A stretch of DNA of 64,000 bases from Escherichia phage vB_EcoM-RPN187. The position numbers and the translations under genes are program-made. The stretch lies in the sequence record OL770074.2; one strand, given 5' to 3'. This document shows positions 21,910 through 32,647 of this stretch, piece by piece. How positions within the stretch are numbered: the first letter of the stretch is position 1; each line of letters opens with the position of its first letter. Below the pieces are notes generated by a model. That model saw only the letters and a program-made list of their open reading frames with translations. It had not been told where the DNA came from and did no database searches.

Positions 21910-22662
21910 ATGGCTAATATAATTCGTTGTAAATTACCGGATGGTGTTCATCGTTTTAAGCCGTTCACTGTGGCGGATTATAGAGACTTTTTACTAGTTA
22001 GAAATGATATCGAACATCGTTCGCCACAAGAACAAAAAGAAATAATTGCCGATCTGATTGATGATTATTTTGGCGAGTACCCTAAAACATGGCAACCATT
22101 TATATTCCTGCAAGTTTTTGCAGGCTCTATAGGCAAAACAAAAGTTCCCGTTATTTTCACTTGCCCTAAATGCTCTAAAGAAAAAACTGCACCATTTGAA
22201 ATATATCAAAAAGAACTAGTCGAACCTGAACTTGATGTTGCTGGTATAAAAATACGTTTTTCTTTCCCTGAAAAGTTTTATGACAATAAAGCATTAATGA
22301 TAAGTGAAAACATAAAAGAAATATATTATAATGATGAATGGTACCCATGGAATGATTTGACTGAAGAGAACCAAATCCAAGTAATAGAAGCAATAGACAT
22401 TGACTCGCTCGAGAAGGTTATTGCTTCTATGAACCCTATTAATTTGACCCTTAGATTAGGTTGTTGTGAACGTCATGTTAAAACATATACTGATATCTTA
22501 GAGGTTTTTAAATTGTTAGTTAACCCTGATGAGATTTTTACATTCTATCAGATAAACCATTCACTAGTAAAGAGTCAATACACATTGGATTCTATTATGC
22601 AAATGATTCCTGTTGAACGTGGTATTGCTTTAACATTAGTAGAAAAGGACCATAAAAAATGA
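21910..22662 (+). CDS. 51: baseplate hub assembly catalyst gp51
   Basis: 250 aa; synteny and size. Confidence 0.8.
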   Translation: MANIIRCKLPDGVHRFKPFTVADYRDFLLVRNDIEHRSPQEQKEIIADLIDDYFGEYPKTWQPFIFLQVFAGSIGKTKVPVIFTCPKCSKEKTAPFEIYQKELVEPELDVAGIKIRFSFPEKFYDNKALMISENIKEIYYNDEWYPWNDLTEENQIQVIEAIDIDSLEKVIASMNPINLTLRLGCCERHVKTYTDILEVFKLLVNPDEIFTFYQINHSLVKSQYTLDSIMQMIPVERGIALTLVEKDHKK

Positions 22663-23831
22663 CAGTATTCCAACGTCCAGGATATCCTAACTTAAGCGTT
22701 AAATTATATCAAGATTATTCGGCTTGGCAAGAAAATAGATACGTTGAACTCGCGGCAACAATAACAACTTTAACCATGCGAGATTCGCTATATGGAAGAA
22801 ATGAAGGGATTCTTCAATTTTATGACACTAAAAACATCCACACTAAAATGGATGGTAGACAGATAGTCCAAATCTCTGTTTCAAATTCAAACACACCTCT
22901 CCAAGTTAGAACTCGAATTTATGGATGTAGACATTATTCTGTGTCTGTGGACTCAAAAGGTGACAATATTATTGCAATTGAGCTTGGAACAATACATTCT
23001 ATAGAGAACCTTAAATTTGGGCGTCCATTCTTCTCAGACGCAGGAGAATCTATACGTGAAATGTTAGGTGTCATATATAAAGACCGTACGTTAATTACTC
23101 CGCCAATAAACACTATTAATGCTTATGTTCCTGATATTCCTTGGACAAGCACATTTGATGATTATTTGGCATATGTCAGAGAATTAGGACTTGCTACAGC
23201 GAGTGATAAGTTCGTATTCGTATGGCAAGATATTTTAGGCGTAAACATGATTGACTACGATACTCTTATTGGTCAGGAAGGCATTAAGATGGTTGTAGGT
23301 GAGCCAAATACTGTAGGTCAGTATATTCAAGAGCTTGAGTATCCATTAGTATGGGATTTCACCTGGATGACTAAAGCTAACCAATTTACAAGAGACCCTA
23401 TTAAAAACGCCACGATATTCGCTCATTCATTTTTAGATACATCTATTCCGGTTATTGTTACAGGTGATGGTGATAATGCTATTCTTGTGTCAAGATCAGG
23501 TGGATATTCCGAAATGACCTATCGTAATGGATTTGAAGAAGCAAGTCGTCTTCAGACAATGGCCCAATATGACGGATATGCTAAATGCACTACTACAGGT
23601 AATTTTAACATAACGCCTGCTACTAAAATTATATTTGTTGACCAAAAGAACCAATTCAAATCCGAATTTTACGTGGATGAAGTTATTCATGAGTTATCAA
23701 ATAACAACTCGCAAACTCATCTGTACATGTTTACCAACTCAATGGTGTTAGAACCTGTTAACCCAGTTAAGGTTAAAAATGAACTTAAATCTGATTCTAC
23801 CTCTAAAGAAAATAATTCTACCACAGTCTAA
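22659..23831 (+). CDS. 27: baseplate hub subunit gp27
   Basis: 390 aa; ATGA overlap with gene 51. Confidence 0.9.
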   Translation: MTVFQRPGYPNLSVKLYQDYSAWQENRYVELAATITTLTMRDSLYGRNEGILQFYDTKNIHTKMDGRQIVQISVSNSNTPLQVRTRIYGCRHYSVSVDSKGDNIIAIELGTIHSIENLKFGRPFFSDAGESIREMLGVIYKDRTLITPPINTINAYVPDIPWTSTFDDYLAYVRELGLATASDKFVFVWQDILGVNMIDYDTLIGQEGIKMVVGEPNTVGQYIQELEYPLVWDFTWMTKANQFTRDPIKNATIFAHSFLDTSIPVIVTGDGDNAILVSRSGGYSEMTYRNGFEEASRLQTMAQYDGYAKCTTTGNFNITPATKIIFVDQKNQFKSEFYVDEVIHELSNNNSQTHLYMFTNSMVLEPVNPVKVKNELKSDSTSKENNSTTV

Positions 23832-24312
23832 TAAAAAGGTAATGATTCCCAAACTAGGGCTCAAACATTATAATCTTTTAAAGGACGTTAAAGGTCCTGA
23901 CGAAAACATGAAAATCTTAGCTGATTCTATTTGTAAAAATATGAGTCCCGCAGATTTTGATTTTGCATGTCTACACATATTGGAATTTAATAACAAACTT
24001 AAGTCTGAAGTTGAAAAAGATGGATTCACTTATAAACTAGATGACGTCTATGTATGCCAACGAACAGAATTCCAATTTCAAGGTAATACTTTTTATTTTA
24101 GACCCCCAGGCAAATTTGAACAATTCGCTACAATCAGTGAAATGCTATCAAATTGCTTAATAAAAGTTAACGACGAAGAGAAAGAAATTTCTTTCCTTGA
24201 GATGCCTGCTTTTGTAATCAAATGGGCAGAAGACCTTTCGACAACTATTGCTATTCCAGGCCCTAATGGTCCTATTAAGGGTATAGCAGAAATTATTGGA
24301 TTGCTTGAATGA
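23779..24312 (+). CDS. 28: baseplate hub distal subunit gp28
   Basis: 177 aa from ATG 23779 (equals T4 length as recalled) but overlaps gene 27 by 53 nt; alternative ATG at 23842 has AAGG 4 nt upstream and would give 156 aa. Confidence 0.7.
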   Translation: MNLNLILPLKKIILPQSNKKVMIPKLGLKHYNLLKDVKGPDENMKILADSICKNMSPADFDFACLHILEFNNKLKSEVEKDGFTYKLDDVYVCQRTEFQFQGNTFYFRPPGKFEQFATISEMLSNCLIKVNDEEKEISFLEMPAFVIKWAEDLSTTIAIPGPNGPIKGIAEIIGLLE

Positions 24313-26081
24313 AACCTGAAGAAATGAAATCCATGCGTAGAAATAAGGTCATTGCCGATAATAAACCACAAAAAGTAGCTGCAACAGCAGCTACTGATTC
24401 ATTAGAAGCATTGAATAACATTTCATCAAAACTGGACGATGTCCAAGCCGCGTCTGAACTCACATCACAAAGTGTAGAAGATAAAGGCAATGGAATTATT
24501 GAATCAATTGGAGACTTAAAGAATTCGACAGATAATACTGCTGAAGGCGCAGAGCTTATCGCAGAAGTTATTGAAAAACAAACTGAAGTCACTAAAAGTA
24601 TAAACGAAGTTTCTAGTGCAATAAGCTCCAAGTTAGACCGATTAGCTACATTATTAGAGCAAAAATTACAAACATCTACCGCTATTCAAAATACAGGAGG
24701 CACCTCTCTTGAAGTAATTGAGAACGCAATACCTGTTAAAGTGGTTGATAACGAAACTTATGATGAGTTGTTTAAAGCATTACCTACACCTGAAAAGATT
24801 GATAATAAGCCAGACGAAGATTTCTTCCCAGCCCCGGTTCAAGAAAGTGCTAATTCTACTTCCGATTCTAAAGGTGGAATTAGCTTTAAATTGAGCGATA
24901 AAATTGCAATGCTCACCAAAACAGTTCAAGCCGGGTTTAATAAATCAATATCAATTTCAGACAGAATTGCTGGAATGCTTTTCAAATACACTATAACGGC
25001 TGCTATTGAAGCAGCAAAAATGGCCGCACTTATTCTTGGTATTGTTATCGGTATTGATTTATTGATAGTCCATTTCAAATATTGGACAGACAAGTTCACT
25101 TCTGCCTGGGATTTATTTGATGAAAACTTTACTAAATTCTCCGATGAAGCTAAAGAGTGGGGTAAATTCTTAAGTGATATATTCACTTCTATTGACTCGA
25201 TAAAACAATTGTGGGAAGCCGGAGACTGGGGTGGTTTAACCGTTGCTATTGTCAAAGGTGTAGGAACAGCGTTAATGAACTTAGGTGAACTAATTCAATT
25301 AGGAATGGCTAAACTCTCCGCGTCTATATTGCGTGCTATAGGTTTTGGTGATACCGCGGACGAAATAGAAGGACGTGCTTTGGAAGGATTCCAAGAAACT
25401 ACTGGGAACAAATTAAAGAAAGAAGACCAAGAGAAAGTCGCTAAATATCAAATGAAGCGTGACGATGGTGAATTAGGAACCGTTTCTAAAGGTCTTGATA
25501 TGTTACAACGCGGCAAAACATTTGTTACTAACTGGGTTCGTGGTAATGACAATAAAGAAGAGTTTAGTACAAGCGATGAACGTGCTGCAGAATCAGCAAA
25601 ATTAAAAGAGTTACCTGAAGAGGAGCGTAAAGAGGCATATATAAAAGCTAATGAAACTCGTGCAGCACTGGTTAGATTTGAGGATTATATCGATAAAATC
25701 GATATGACTAATCCGGAAAATGCTAAAAACGTCGAGAAGTCTTATGCTGATTTAAGTAAACTTATTAAAGACCCTGAACTTAATAAAACTCCTGTTGTTA
25801 AAAAGGAATTAGATGCTAGATTTGAAAAGCTAAATAATAAAATGGCTGAAGCCAAAAAGGCCCAGACGACAGTTAAGCCTGAATCTTCGACTAAATCTCC
25901 AGAAGCAAAACAAGTTCAGTCAATAGAGAAAGGACGTGCTTCTGAATCTAAACAACAGCAACCGGTAGCGGCGATTAGTAACACAAATAATGTCGTCAAA
26001 AAGAATACCGTAGTCCAGAATATGACCCCTGTAACAAGTACAACGGCTCCTGGAATTTTCCATGCCACCGGTGTTAATTAA
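24309..26081 (+). CDS. 29: baseplate hub subunit / tail length determinator gp29
   Basis: 590 aa; central hydrophobic segment; same size as T4 gp29. Confidence 0.85.
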   Translation: MKPEEMKSMRRNKVIADNKPQKVAATAATDSLEALNNISSKLDDVQAASELTSQSVEDKGNGIIESIGDLKNSTDNTAEGAELIAEVIEKQTEVTKSINEVSSAISSKLDRLATLLEQKLQTSTAIQNTGGTSLEVIENAIPVKVVDNETYDELFKALPTPEKIDNKPDEDFFPAPVQESANSTSDSKGGISFKLSDKIAMLTKTVQAGFNKSISISDRIAGMLFKYTITAAIEAAKMAALILGIVIGIDLLIVHFKYWTDKFTSAWDLFDENFTKFSDEAKEWGKFLSDIFTSIDSIKQLWEAGDWGGLTVAIVKGVGTALMNLGELIQLGMAKLSASILRAIGFGDTADEIEGRALEGFQETTGNKLKKEDQEKVAKYQMKRDDGELGTVSKGLDMLQRGKTFVTNWVRGNDNKEEFSTSDERAAESAKLKELPEEERKEAYIKANETRAALVRFEDYIDKIDMTNPENAKNVEKSYADLSKLIKDPELNKTPVVKKELDARFEKLNNKMAEAKKAQTTVKPESSTKSPEAKQVQSIEKGRASESKQQQPVAAISNTNNVVKKNTVVQNMTPVTSTTAPGIFHATGVN

Positions 26082-26089
26082 GGATTATT

Positions 26090-27199
26090 ATGATTAGTGT
26101 AAAAGAAATAGTAGTAGATGCAAAGGATTTAAATAAAGCAATCCCAGTCTCAGAAAGTGCTGGGCAAAGCACTAAAACCGAAACAACTACTAAAACTTAT
26201 GTTGCTCAATTTCCTACAGGAAGAGCAGCCGGAAATGACTCCACAGGAGACTTCCAGGTAACAGATCTTTATAAGAATGGATTATTATTTACCGCGTACA
26301 ATATGTCTGCACGCGATTCAGGATCCCTCAGGAATTTACGTCCGGCATACGCCGGCACTTCATCTAACGGTATCATATCAGATTTAACTGATAATGTGAA
26401 AGATGCAGTGACTAAATTCTCTAATGGGTTGCTTCCTGCCGGAGCTAATAAACCTACTATAAATAAAACTCCTGTTGCTAATATACTTTTGCCACGTTCC
26501 AAATCTGACGTTGATACAACTTCACATCGTTTTAATGATATTGGTGATAGCCTTATTACTAAAGGTGGAGGTACTGCTACGGGTGTTTTAAGTAACATTG
26601 CTTCTACTGCAGTTTTTGGTGCATTAGATTCTATTACTCAAGGGCTTATGGCTGATAATAACGAACAGATTTATACGACTTCTCGTAGTATGTACGGCGG
26701 TGCTGAGAACCGTACTAAAGTCTTTACATGGGATTTAACTCCACGTTCAACTGAAGACCTTATGGCTATTATAAACATTTACCAGTATTTTAACTATTTC
26801 TCATATGGTGAGACCGGTAAATCACAGTACGCCCAAGAGATTAAAAGTTATTTAGACGAATGGTACCGTTCAACGTTTATTGAGCCTATGACGCCTGATG
26901 ATGCAGTAAAAAATAAGACATTGTTTGAAAAGATTACTGCGTCATTAACAAATGTATTAGTTGTAAGCAACCCTACAATTTGGATGGTTAAAAACTTTGG
27001 TTATACGTCTAAATTTGATGGATTAACTGACGTATTTGGCCCATGTCAAATTCAAAGCGTACGTTTTGATAAAACTCCAAATGGACAATTTAATGGTCTT
27101 GCTGTTGCTCCTAACTTACCGTCAACATTTACGTTAGAGATAACAATGCGAGAAATTATTACATTAAACCGTTCTTCACTTTATGCGGGGACTTTCTAA
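26090..27199 (+). CDS. 48: baseplate tail-tube junction protein gp48
   Basis: 369 aa; synteny. Confidence 0.85.
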   Translation: MISVKEIVVDAKDLNKAIPVSESAGQSTKTETTTKTYVAQFPTGRAAGNDSTGDFQVTDLYKNGLLFTAYNMSARDSGSLRNLRPAYAGTSSNGIISDLTDNVKDAVTKFSNGLLPAGANKPTINKTPVANILLPRSKSDVDTTSHRFNDIGDSLITKGGGTATGVLSNIASTAVFGALDSITQGLMADNNEQIYTTSRSMYGGAENRTKVFTWDLTPRSTEDLMAIINIYQYFNYFSYGETGKSQYAQEIKSYLDEWYRSTFIEPMTPDDAVKNKTLFEKITASLTNVLVVSNPTIWMVKNFGYTSKFDGLTDVFGPCQIQSVRFDKTPNGQFNGLAVAPNLPSTFTLEITMREIITLNRSSLYAGTF

Positions 27200-28161
27200 T
27201 GTACTCTTTAGAAGAATTTAATAACCAAGCTATAAATGCAGATTTCCAACGAAACAATATGTTTAGTTGTGTATTTGCTACTACACCGTCGACCAAATCG
27301 TCTTCACTAATTTCGTCAATTGGTAGTTTTGCTTATAATAACTTAGGGTTGGATTCAGATTGGCTAGGATTATCTCAAGGTGATATCAATCAGGGCGTAA
27401 CAACCCTGATTACAGCAGGAACACAGAAATTAATTCGAAAATCAGGTGTAAGTAAATATCTGATTGGAGCAATGAGTCAACGTACGGTACAAAGCTTGTT
27501 AGGCGAGTTCACAGTAGGAGCTTATCTGATAGACTTCTTCAATATGGCATATAATAATACAGGTTTAATGATTTATTCTGTAAAAATGCCTGAGAACCGA
27601 TTATCTTATGAAACGGATTTCAACTATAACTCTCCGAACATCCGAATTACCGGCCGTGAAATGGACCCGTTAGTAATAAGCTTTAGAATGGATTCCGAAG
27701 CATCTAACTTTAGAGCAATGCAAGACTGGGTAAACTCAGTCCAAGACCCTGTAACAGGTCTTCGTGCTTTACCACAAGACGTCGAAGCAGATATTCAGGT
27801 TAATTTACATGCACGAAATGGTTTACCACATACCGCTGTCATGTTCACCGGATGTATTCCTGTTAGTGTCTCTTCTCCTGAGTTAACGTATGATGGTGAT
27901 AATCAGATAACAGTTTTTGATGTAACATTTGCTTATCGCGTTATGCAATCAGGTGCCGTAAATAGACAGGCTGCTTTAGAATGGCTGGAATCAGGACTTA
28001 TTAGTAGTGTTTCAGGAATGTTTGGAAATAATCAGAATGATTCTGGCCTAGGAAGTGCAGTATCAAGACTTTCTAGATTAGGTGGGACTGCTGGAGGTGT
28101 GTCTAATATAAACACATTGACAGGTGTGGTGAATTCTGCGTCAAGAGTTTTAGGACTATAA
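27199..28161 (+). CDS. 54: baseplate tail-tube initiator gp54
   Basis: 320 aa; same size as T4 gp54. Confidence 0.85.
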   Translation: MYSLEEFNNQAINADFQRNNMFSCVFATTPSTKSSSLISSIGSFAYNNLGLDSDWLGLSQGDINQGVTTLITAGTQKLIRKSGVSKYLIGAMSQRTVQSLLGEFTVGAYLIDFFNMAYNNTGLMIYSVKMPENRLSYETDFNYNSPNIRITGREMDPLVISFRMDSEASNFRAMQDWVNSVQDPVTGLRALPQDVEADIQVNLHARNGLPHTAVMFTGCIPVSVSSPELTYDGDNQITVFDVTFAYRVMQSGAVNRQAALEWLESGLISSVSGMFGNNQNDSGLGSAVSRLSRLGGTAGGVSNINTLTGVVNSASRVLGL

Positions 28162-28163
28162 GG

Positions 28164-28190
28164 AAAAAAGGGAGACGTCGTCTCCCTTTA
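28164..28190. terminator. terminator hairpin between gene 54 (+) and the alt.-1-like gene (-)
   Basis: AAAAAA-gggagacg-tcgtctccc-TTTA; near-perfect palindrome between convergent stops. Confidence 0.6.
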
Positions 28191-28195
28191 GGGGT

Positions 28196-28489
28196 TTATT
28201 TACGGAATGAAAGGAATGCTGGTGCTCGGAATGGAGTATCATCTTTAGAGTATTTAACTAATACGACCATTGGTACCTCTGTTTCTAAATGACCTGTCAC
28301 TACACCGACAAAAATTTGATCAGTGTGCTCAGGGTCGCGAAAGTTTTTAAGAGGTTCCATAGCAATATGGAATGCACCTGGGAATACTCGATTCAATTCG
28401 TCAATCACAGCTTCGTTAAAAGCATCATCCGCTGGGATAACATCTTCAACTACTAGTTCTTGACCATTAAAGCGAAGCATAGATTTCAT
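28196..28489 (-). CDS. hypothetical protein (T4 alt.-1 position), 97 aa
   Basis: ORF-track start 28561 is TTG and reads through the promoter; first ATG at 28489 is preceded by GAGGA. Confidence 0.45.
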   Translation of the reverse strand: MKSMLRFNGQELVVEDVIPADDAFNEAVIDELNRVFPGAFHIAMEPLKNFRDPEHTDQIFVGVVTGHLETEVPMVVLVKYSKDDTPFRAPAFLSFRK

Positions 28490-28517
28490 AACGTTTTCCT
28501 CATGTTGTTGATGGGAT

Positions 28518-28548
28518 GATAGTATCACACATCCATGTGTTTGTAAAC
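28518..28548 (-). promoter_or_regulatory. T4 early-type promoter for the alt.-1-like gene
   Basis: Reverse complement reads aGTTTACaaacacatggatgtgtgaTACTATc; overlaps the Alt stop codon. Confidence 0.5.
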
Positions 28549-30635
28549 TATCCTTGGACAAATTTAAATGGAACTGATTCTAAATCCATTAAAGATGCTA
28601 ACAATTTCAATCCTTTAGGAGCACTAGTTTTTTCTACAAATGAAGAGAACGATACCGGCTCATCCGATTCGATTTCACCAGTCATAGCAACCACCTCGCC
28701 TGTTTCCATGAGAACATCACCATCGTAAATGACAGCTTCGTCCAACTGGTCTGAGGACATGACTTCAGCTTGAATAAATTTAAGGTTGGATTCTAAACCT
28801 GCACCAGTGTCAGATGACGCATCTGTAATTTTATTTATCTGCAAGAGAATGCCTCTAGGCAAAATAATTTCTTGCTCGTTAGGGTGATTACTCAACTGTC
28901 CAGGATAAATCACGTTAACTTTATGGGCGCCATCAATAGCCCATCCAACGTTAACACGGATTTGGTCTGGTGCATGCATAGCTGTTCTTACTTGACTAGG
29001 AGAAATAGTAACACCTTCGTCATTATTATCAATGTTAAGCTCTTTGCGAACTTCTTCAGGAGCAAGTCCAAGGGCAACGTTCTCTTTAAACCCGCCGAAA
29101 ATAATAGGAGCTAGTGAAGTGGAAACATAGTTTCTGAAGTAGAATACCTTATTTTTAACCATTGCTTCGTAAATAGGCATTCTGATAGACTGAGCTCTAT
29201 ATAACGTTAGTCCTTCAGGTAAACGGTCTCCATTTAAAAACGCCGAATCAAGACCATCAATAGCGCGTTTAACTTCATCTTCATCTGCAACATCGTAAAA
29301 ATCTGGTTTATAACGACCTAACAACATATTATTGATATCGGTATACGCAGAAGAGGCATATTCACGAATAGCTCGTTTTTCAGCAACAGAGTATTGATTA
29401 GGGACCCGATTCATTGTTATATTAAAGGTGCCTCTAGCCGATTCTCGTGCATAAGTATACATCACATTAGACAAGAACGCTGATTTACGCTGTTTCCAAG
29501 TTTTTTCAGATACTTCAGCTAAAACGTCGTCAGCCAGTTGGAAATTATCACGTCTAAAATCTTCAAACCATTCGTCTTTAATAGAGTCTGCAATTTCATT
29601 TGCAGCTTCAACAAAAGCAGCTAATGCTTTAACAGATGTTGTTTTTTCAGTTTTAATTTTCTTAGCAAACTTTTCTAAAGTTGGCTTAATAACACTACCG
29701 TAAGAAACTTCATCAGCAAATCTAAAGGATTCATCAATACGATTATAAATCTTATTTTCGATATCAGCAACTAAAGTGCCTTTTGCTGTGGACGATGCTT
29801 GGGCTAGTACGATTTCATATGCTTCAGGAAGTAATTCGGCTGTAGCTGGGCCACTAACTTCTTTAGCAGAATTTTCGTATTTCTGGAATAACTCACCTTC
29901 TTGACGGTCAGCTTCTAAAGATTGACTTGCTGCAATAGCACGACGAGAAATTTTAGTACGAGCAATAACAGGCTTATCTTTACGTTTTTCTTCTACAGCA
30001 GCAATAGAACCAGCGATAGCAGTTTCTTTGGTGACCATTTCACCAGTCTTTTTACTCACATAAACTTCGCCAACATCAGAATCTACTTTCGTGTACAACT
30101 CTGTGTTAATGTTAGGGATGCCTTTAATATCTTCAATGTTGGCATTTTTACGAACCATCATCACATAGGTGTGTTTACCTGTGAATTGATACATTGCCGA
30201 CAATACTTTAAAACGACCACCGGTTTTAGTAGAAACTAAACGAGCAAGAAGAGTTTGAAGTTGTTGTCCACGTCCTTTCAATTTCTTTGTAGGGAATCGG
30301 AACAGAACTGCATCCATACGAAGAGCTTTAACCTGTTCATATACTGTATTGAAAATGGTGTTGATTGCATCAATAGGAGCAGGACCAAGGCCGTTTTTCA
30401 ATTCAGCGAGATTACCCTTTTCAGACAGACTCATAATAACAACATGAGCGTATTTGTCGCCAAGTTTAACTTGTTTTACAGCATCGCCTTCAGAAAGGTA
30501 AGAGAATAAGCGAACTACGATGTTTGTATCAACATCACCAATTTTCCAGACTTGTGGAACTTTAGCTTTAGGGTTCAAATTGACGACAGGAAGACTGCCT
30601 TCAGATTCAAACACTTCATTTAATTGTTCAGACAT
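28548..30635 (-). CDS. alt: Alt ADP-ribosyltransferase (packaged, modifies host RNA polymerase)
   Basis: 695 aa; C-terminal region has ART-like R (YRAQSIR), STS (YVSTSL) and EQE (NEQEIILP) motifs; position between 54 and 30 as in T4. Confidence 0.8.
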   Translation of the reverse strand: MSEQLNEVFESEGSLPVVNLNPKAKVPQVWKIGDVDTNIVVRLFSYLSEGDAVKQVKLGDKYAHVVIMSLSEKGNLAELKNGLGPAPIDAINTIFNTVYEQVKALRMDAVLFRFPTKKLKGRGQQLQTLLARLVSTKTGGRFKVLSAMYQFTGKHTYVMMVRKNANIEDIKGIPNINTELYTKVDSDVGEVYVSKKTGEMVTKETAIAGSIAAVEEKRKDKPVIARTKISRRAIAASQSLEADRQEGELFQKYENSAKEVSGPATAELLPEAYEIVLAQASSTAKGTLVADIENKIYNRIDESFRFADEVSYGSVIKPTLEKFAKKIKTEKTTSVKALAAFVEAANEIADSIKDEWFEDFRRDNFQLADDVLAEVSEKTWKQRKSAFLSNVMYTYARESARGTFNITMNRVPNQYSVAEKRAIREYASSAYTDINNMLLGRYKPDFYDVADEDEVKRAIDGLDSAFLNGDRLPEGLTLYRAQSIRMPIYEAMVKNKVFYFRNYVSTSLAPIIFGGFKENVALGLAPEEVRKELNIDNNDEGVTISPSQVRTAMHAPDQIRVNVGWAIDGAHKVNVIYPGQLSNHPNEQEIILPRGILLQINKITDASSDTGAGLESNLKFIQAEVMSSDQLDEAVIYDGDVLMETGEVVAMTGEIESDEPVSFSSFVEKTSAPKGLKLLASLMDLESVPFKFVQG

Positions 30636-30649
30636 AGTGTTTTCCTTTT

Positions 30650-30669
30650 AGTAATAATTTATATTTATG
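30650..30669 (-). promoter_or_regulatory. possible late promoter for alt (7/8 matches to TATAAATA)
   Basis: Reverse complement reads gcATAAATATAAATTat about 27 nt upstream of the Alt ATG; not an exact consensus. Confidence 0.3.
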
Positions 30670-30692
30670 CCAAAAAGAGCCCGAAGGCTCTT
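30670..30692 (-). terminator. intrinsic terminator (UUCG on minus strand) downstream of the ligase operon
   Basis: aagagcc-cgaa-ggctctt preceded on plus by AAAAA, which is a U-run on the minus transcript. Confidence 0.55.
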
Positions 30693-30879
30693 AATCCACA
30701 ATCGGGAGCAAAGTACGATAAACTTCAAAATTAGGGCCTTTTTCGTACCCATTAACGTTATCTACGAAAACCCGATACGAATTTTCATTAGGAAAATCTA
30801 ATATAATCTGAGAGCAAGAGGTGGAAACATCTCCACCATCCTTCTTAGCTACAATAACTGTTTCTAAATAAGCTTTCAT
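30691..30879 (-). CDS. hypothetical small protein downstream of DNA ligase
   Basis: ORF-track start is GTG; first ATG at 30879 overlaps the ligase stop (TAATG); 62 aa. Confidence 0.35.
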   Translation of the reverse strand: MKAYLETVIVAKKDGGDVSTSCSQIILDFPNENSYRVFVDNVNGYEKGPNFEVYRTLLPIVD

Positions 30880-32372
30880 TATAAACCTGTCTGGGACCAC
30901 GGTCCAAATACGTCTTCAAATGAATCCGCTTCTGTTTTATCAAAACGGAACCCTTTAATAATTGGAAGGAAAATACCTACAGTACCTTCACGGCCTTTAG
31001 AATGAACCCAACCATTACATTCACAATCAGCGATACGCCCAATTAATTTACCTTCACGAGCTTCGGTCATTAATCGTTCACGGTCCAAATCATGACGCTC
31101 GTCTAAAGGAATAAGAACCTTTACACCGTCAACTGTTTTATGAGTTGTATCTTTAAAACCTGAACCACAATCAGTTGTAATACGACGACAACGTGATACG
31201 AGTTCGACACCACCTAATTTGTTAGGGTCTTTAGAGTGTTCATAGTATCCTACAACTTCTAAAGCGATATCAATAACTTCTTTAAATTTAATTAGGTTCT
31301 TAGATCGTTTGTTTTCCCAATATGAATCACGGTTTTTAAGGATAATACCTTCAAGACCTTGGTCAACATATTTTTTATAAACCGCTTTAGCTTCGTCAAG
31401 ATTACGAACTAACTGATTTTCAATTGGCTCAATTCGCTTAAAGCCTTCAGCCATATTTTCAAGAGCAGCAAAACGAACATCGTATTTCTGACCTTTAATT
31501 TTGCCATCAGAATAGACTTCATCTAAAGGAACATAGTCCCAGGCTTGAAGAACCATACCTTCCGCTTCTTTAGGAGAAATAGTCCCTTGAAGAGATTTAT
31601 TTGCTAAACCATTTGAAGTGCTACGGTCTGCAACTTGTACTTCTTCTGATTCTTCATTATCACCAAATAAGAACGACAGGTCATTTCCTGAGCTCACAGC
31701 CTTTTTAATATCAAATGAATGATAAACTAATTCACCGTCGATTAAAACCCCATTAGGGTGTCTTTCACGAGCTTCTTTAGTCATTTCCATTAGTTCATCC
31801 GCTAATAGAGTAAGACCATGGTATTCGTTACCAGCACGAGAAAAGAATTGAACACCATCATCGCGAACTTCAGCGAAACAACGAGCACCATCTGCTTTTA
31901 ATTGGGCAAATGCTGGCCATTTAATATTTTTAGTAATCAATTTCTCATCATATGCAGATGCTAACATCTGTGGTTGCAATTGAATAAGTCCAGGCCACAC
32001 CTTATTCGCGATAGACACTGAAGCACCTACTTCAAGATCGCGCATCATTACACGACGAAGGACTTCTACATCATCAGGTTTACCATCAGCGATATAACCC
32101 ATGAGCTCTTTAATTGCAGCGTTACCAGTGAGTTTACGAGTGGCTAATGTGAACTCAATAAAATCCAACATGTCATCTAATTCAAGAAGACCATATGCTT
32201 GAGACCTTTCACCCGGTCCTGGCCATTTCTTAATATAATACTGGATACCACGTGCATATGTTAAACGATACACACGTTCAAGTAATTTGTTGTCCTTATT
32301 TTTCTTAAGGATTTCTTGTTTTGTTTTAGTAGAACCGATCGCAGCTATTTTGTTTAAAATATCTAAAATCAT
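30879..32372 (-). CDS. 30: ATP-dependent DNA ligase gp30
   Basis: 497 aa; adenylation motif KADGAR; close to T4 DNA ligase as recalled. Confidence 0.95.
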   Translation of the reverse strand: MILDILNKIAAIGSTKTKQEILKKNKDNKLLERVYRLTYARGIQYYIKKWPGPGERSQAYGLLELDDMLDFIEFTLATRKLTGNAAIKELMGYIADGKPDDVEVLRRVMMRDLEVGASVSIANKVWPGLIQLQPQMLASAYDEKLITKNIKWPAFAQLKADGARCFAEVRDDGVQFFSRAGNEYHGLTLLADELMEMTKEARERHPNGVLIDGELVYHSFDIKKAVSSGNDLSFLFGDNEESEEVQVADRSTSNGLANKSLQGTISPKEAEGMVLQAWDYVPLDEVYSDGKIKGQKYDVRFAALENMAEGFKRIEPIENQLVRNLDEAKAVYKKYVDQGLEGIILKNRDSYWENKRSKNLIKFKEVIDIALEVVGYYEHSKDPNKLGGVELVSRCRRITTDCGSGFKDTTHKTVDGVKVLIPLDERHDLDRERLMTEAREGKLIGRIADCECNGWVHSKGREGTVGIFLPIIKGFRFDKTEADSFEDVFGPWSQTGL

Positions 32373-32638
32373 TTGATGTCCTCGATTTTGGTTACGGTTC
32401 TATTATAAGCCACTTCATCTAGAAGCGATTTCAGCGTTTTCTGATAAGTGGTAATCCATTTACCGAGTCCTTCAACATAGTATTCTGAAATGTAGATGAA
32501 CCCTTGTTCAACACACTCTTTAAATATTTCTGCATCTTTTACTGAACGAAACAACGGCCAGTCTCGAAAGAACATGTTAACGTGACCGTAGTCACGCGTT
32601 GTGTTTTTGCCATCTGTAATATCATGAACTACAAACAT
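32369..32638 (-). CDS. hypothetical protein (T4 30.1 position)
   Basis: 89 aa; ATGA overlap with the ligase start. Confidence 0.5.
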   Translation of the reverse strand: MFVVHDITDGKNTTRDYGHVNMFFRDWPLFRSVKDAEIFKECVEQGFIYISEYYVEGLGKWITTYQKTLKSLLDEVAYNRTVTKIEDIK

Positions 32639-32647
32639 AATTAACCC

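Noticed and set aside
28196-28561. ORF-track 121-aa ORF starting at 28561
   Set aside because: First codon is TTG and the N-terminus spans the promoter; trimmed to the ATG at 28489.
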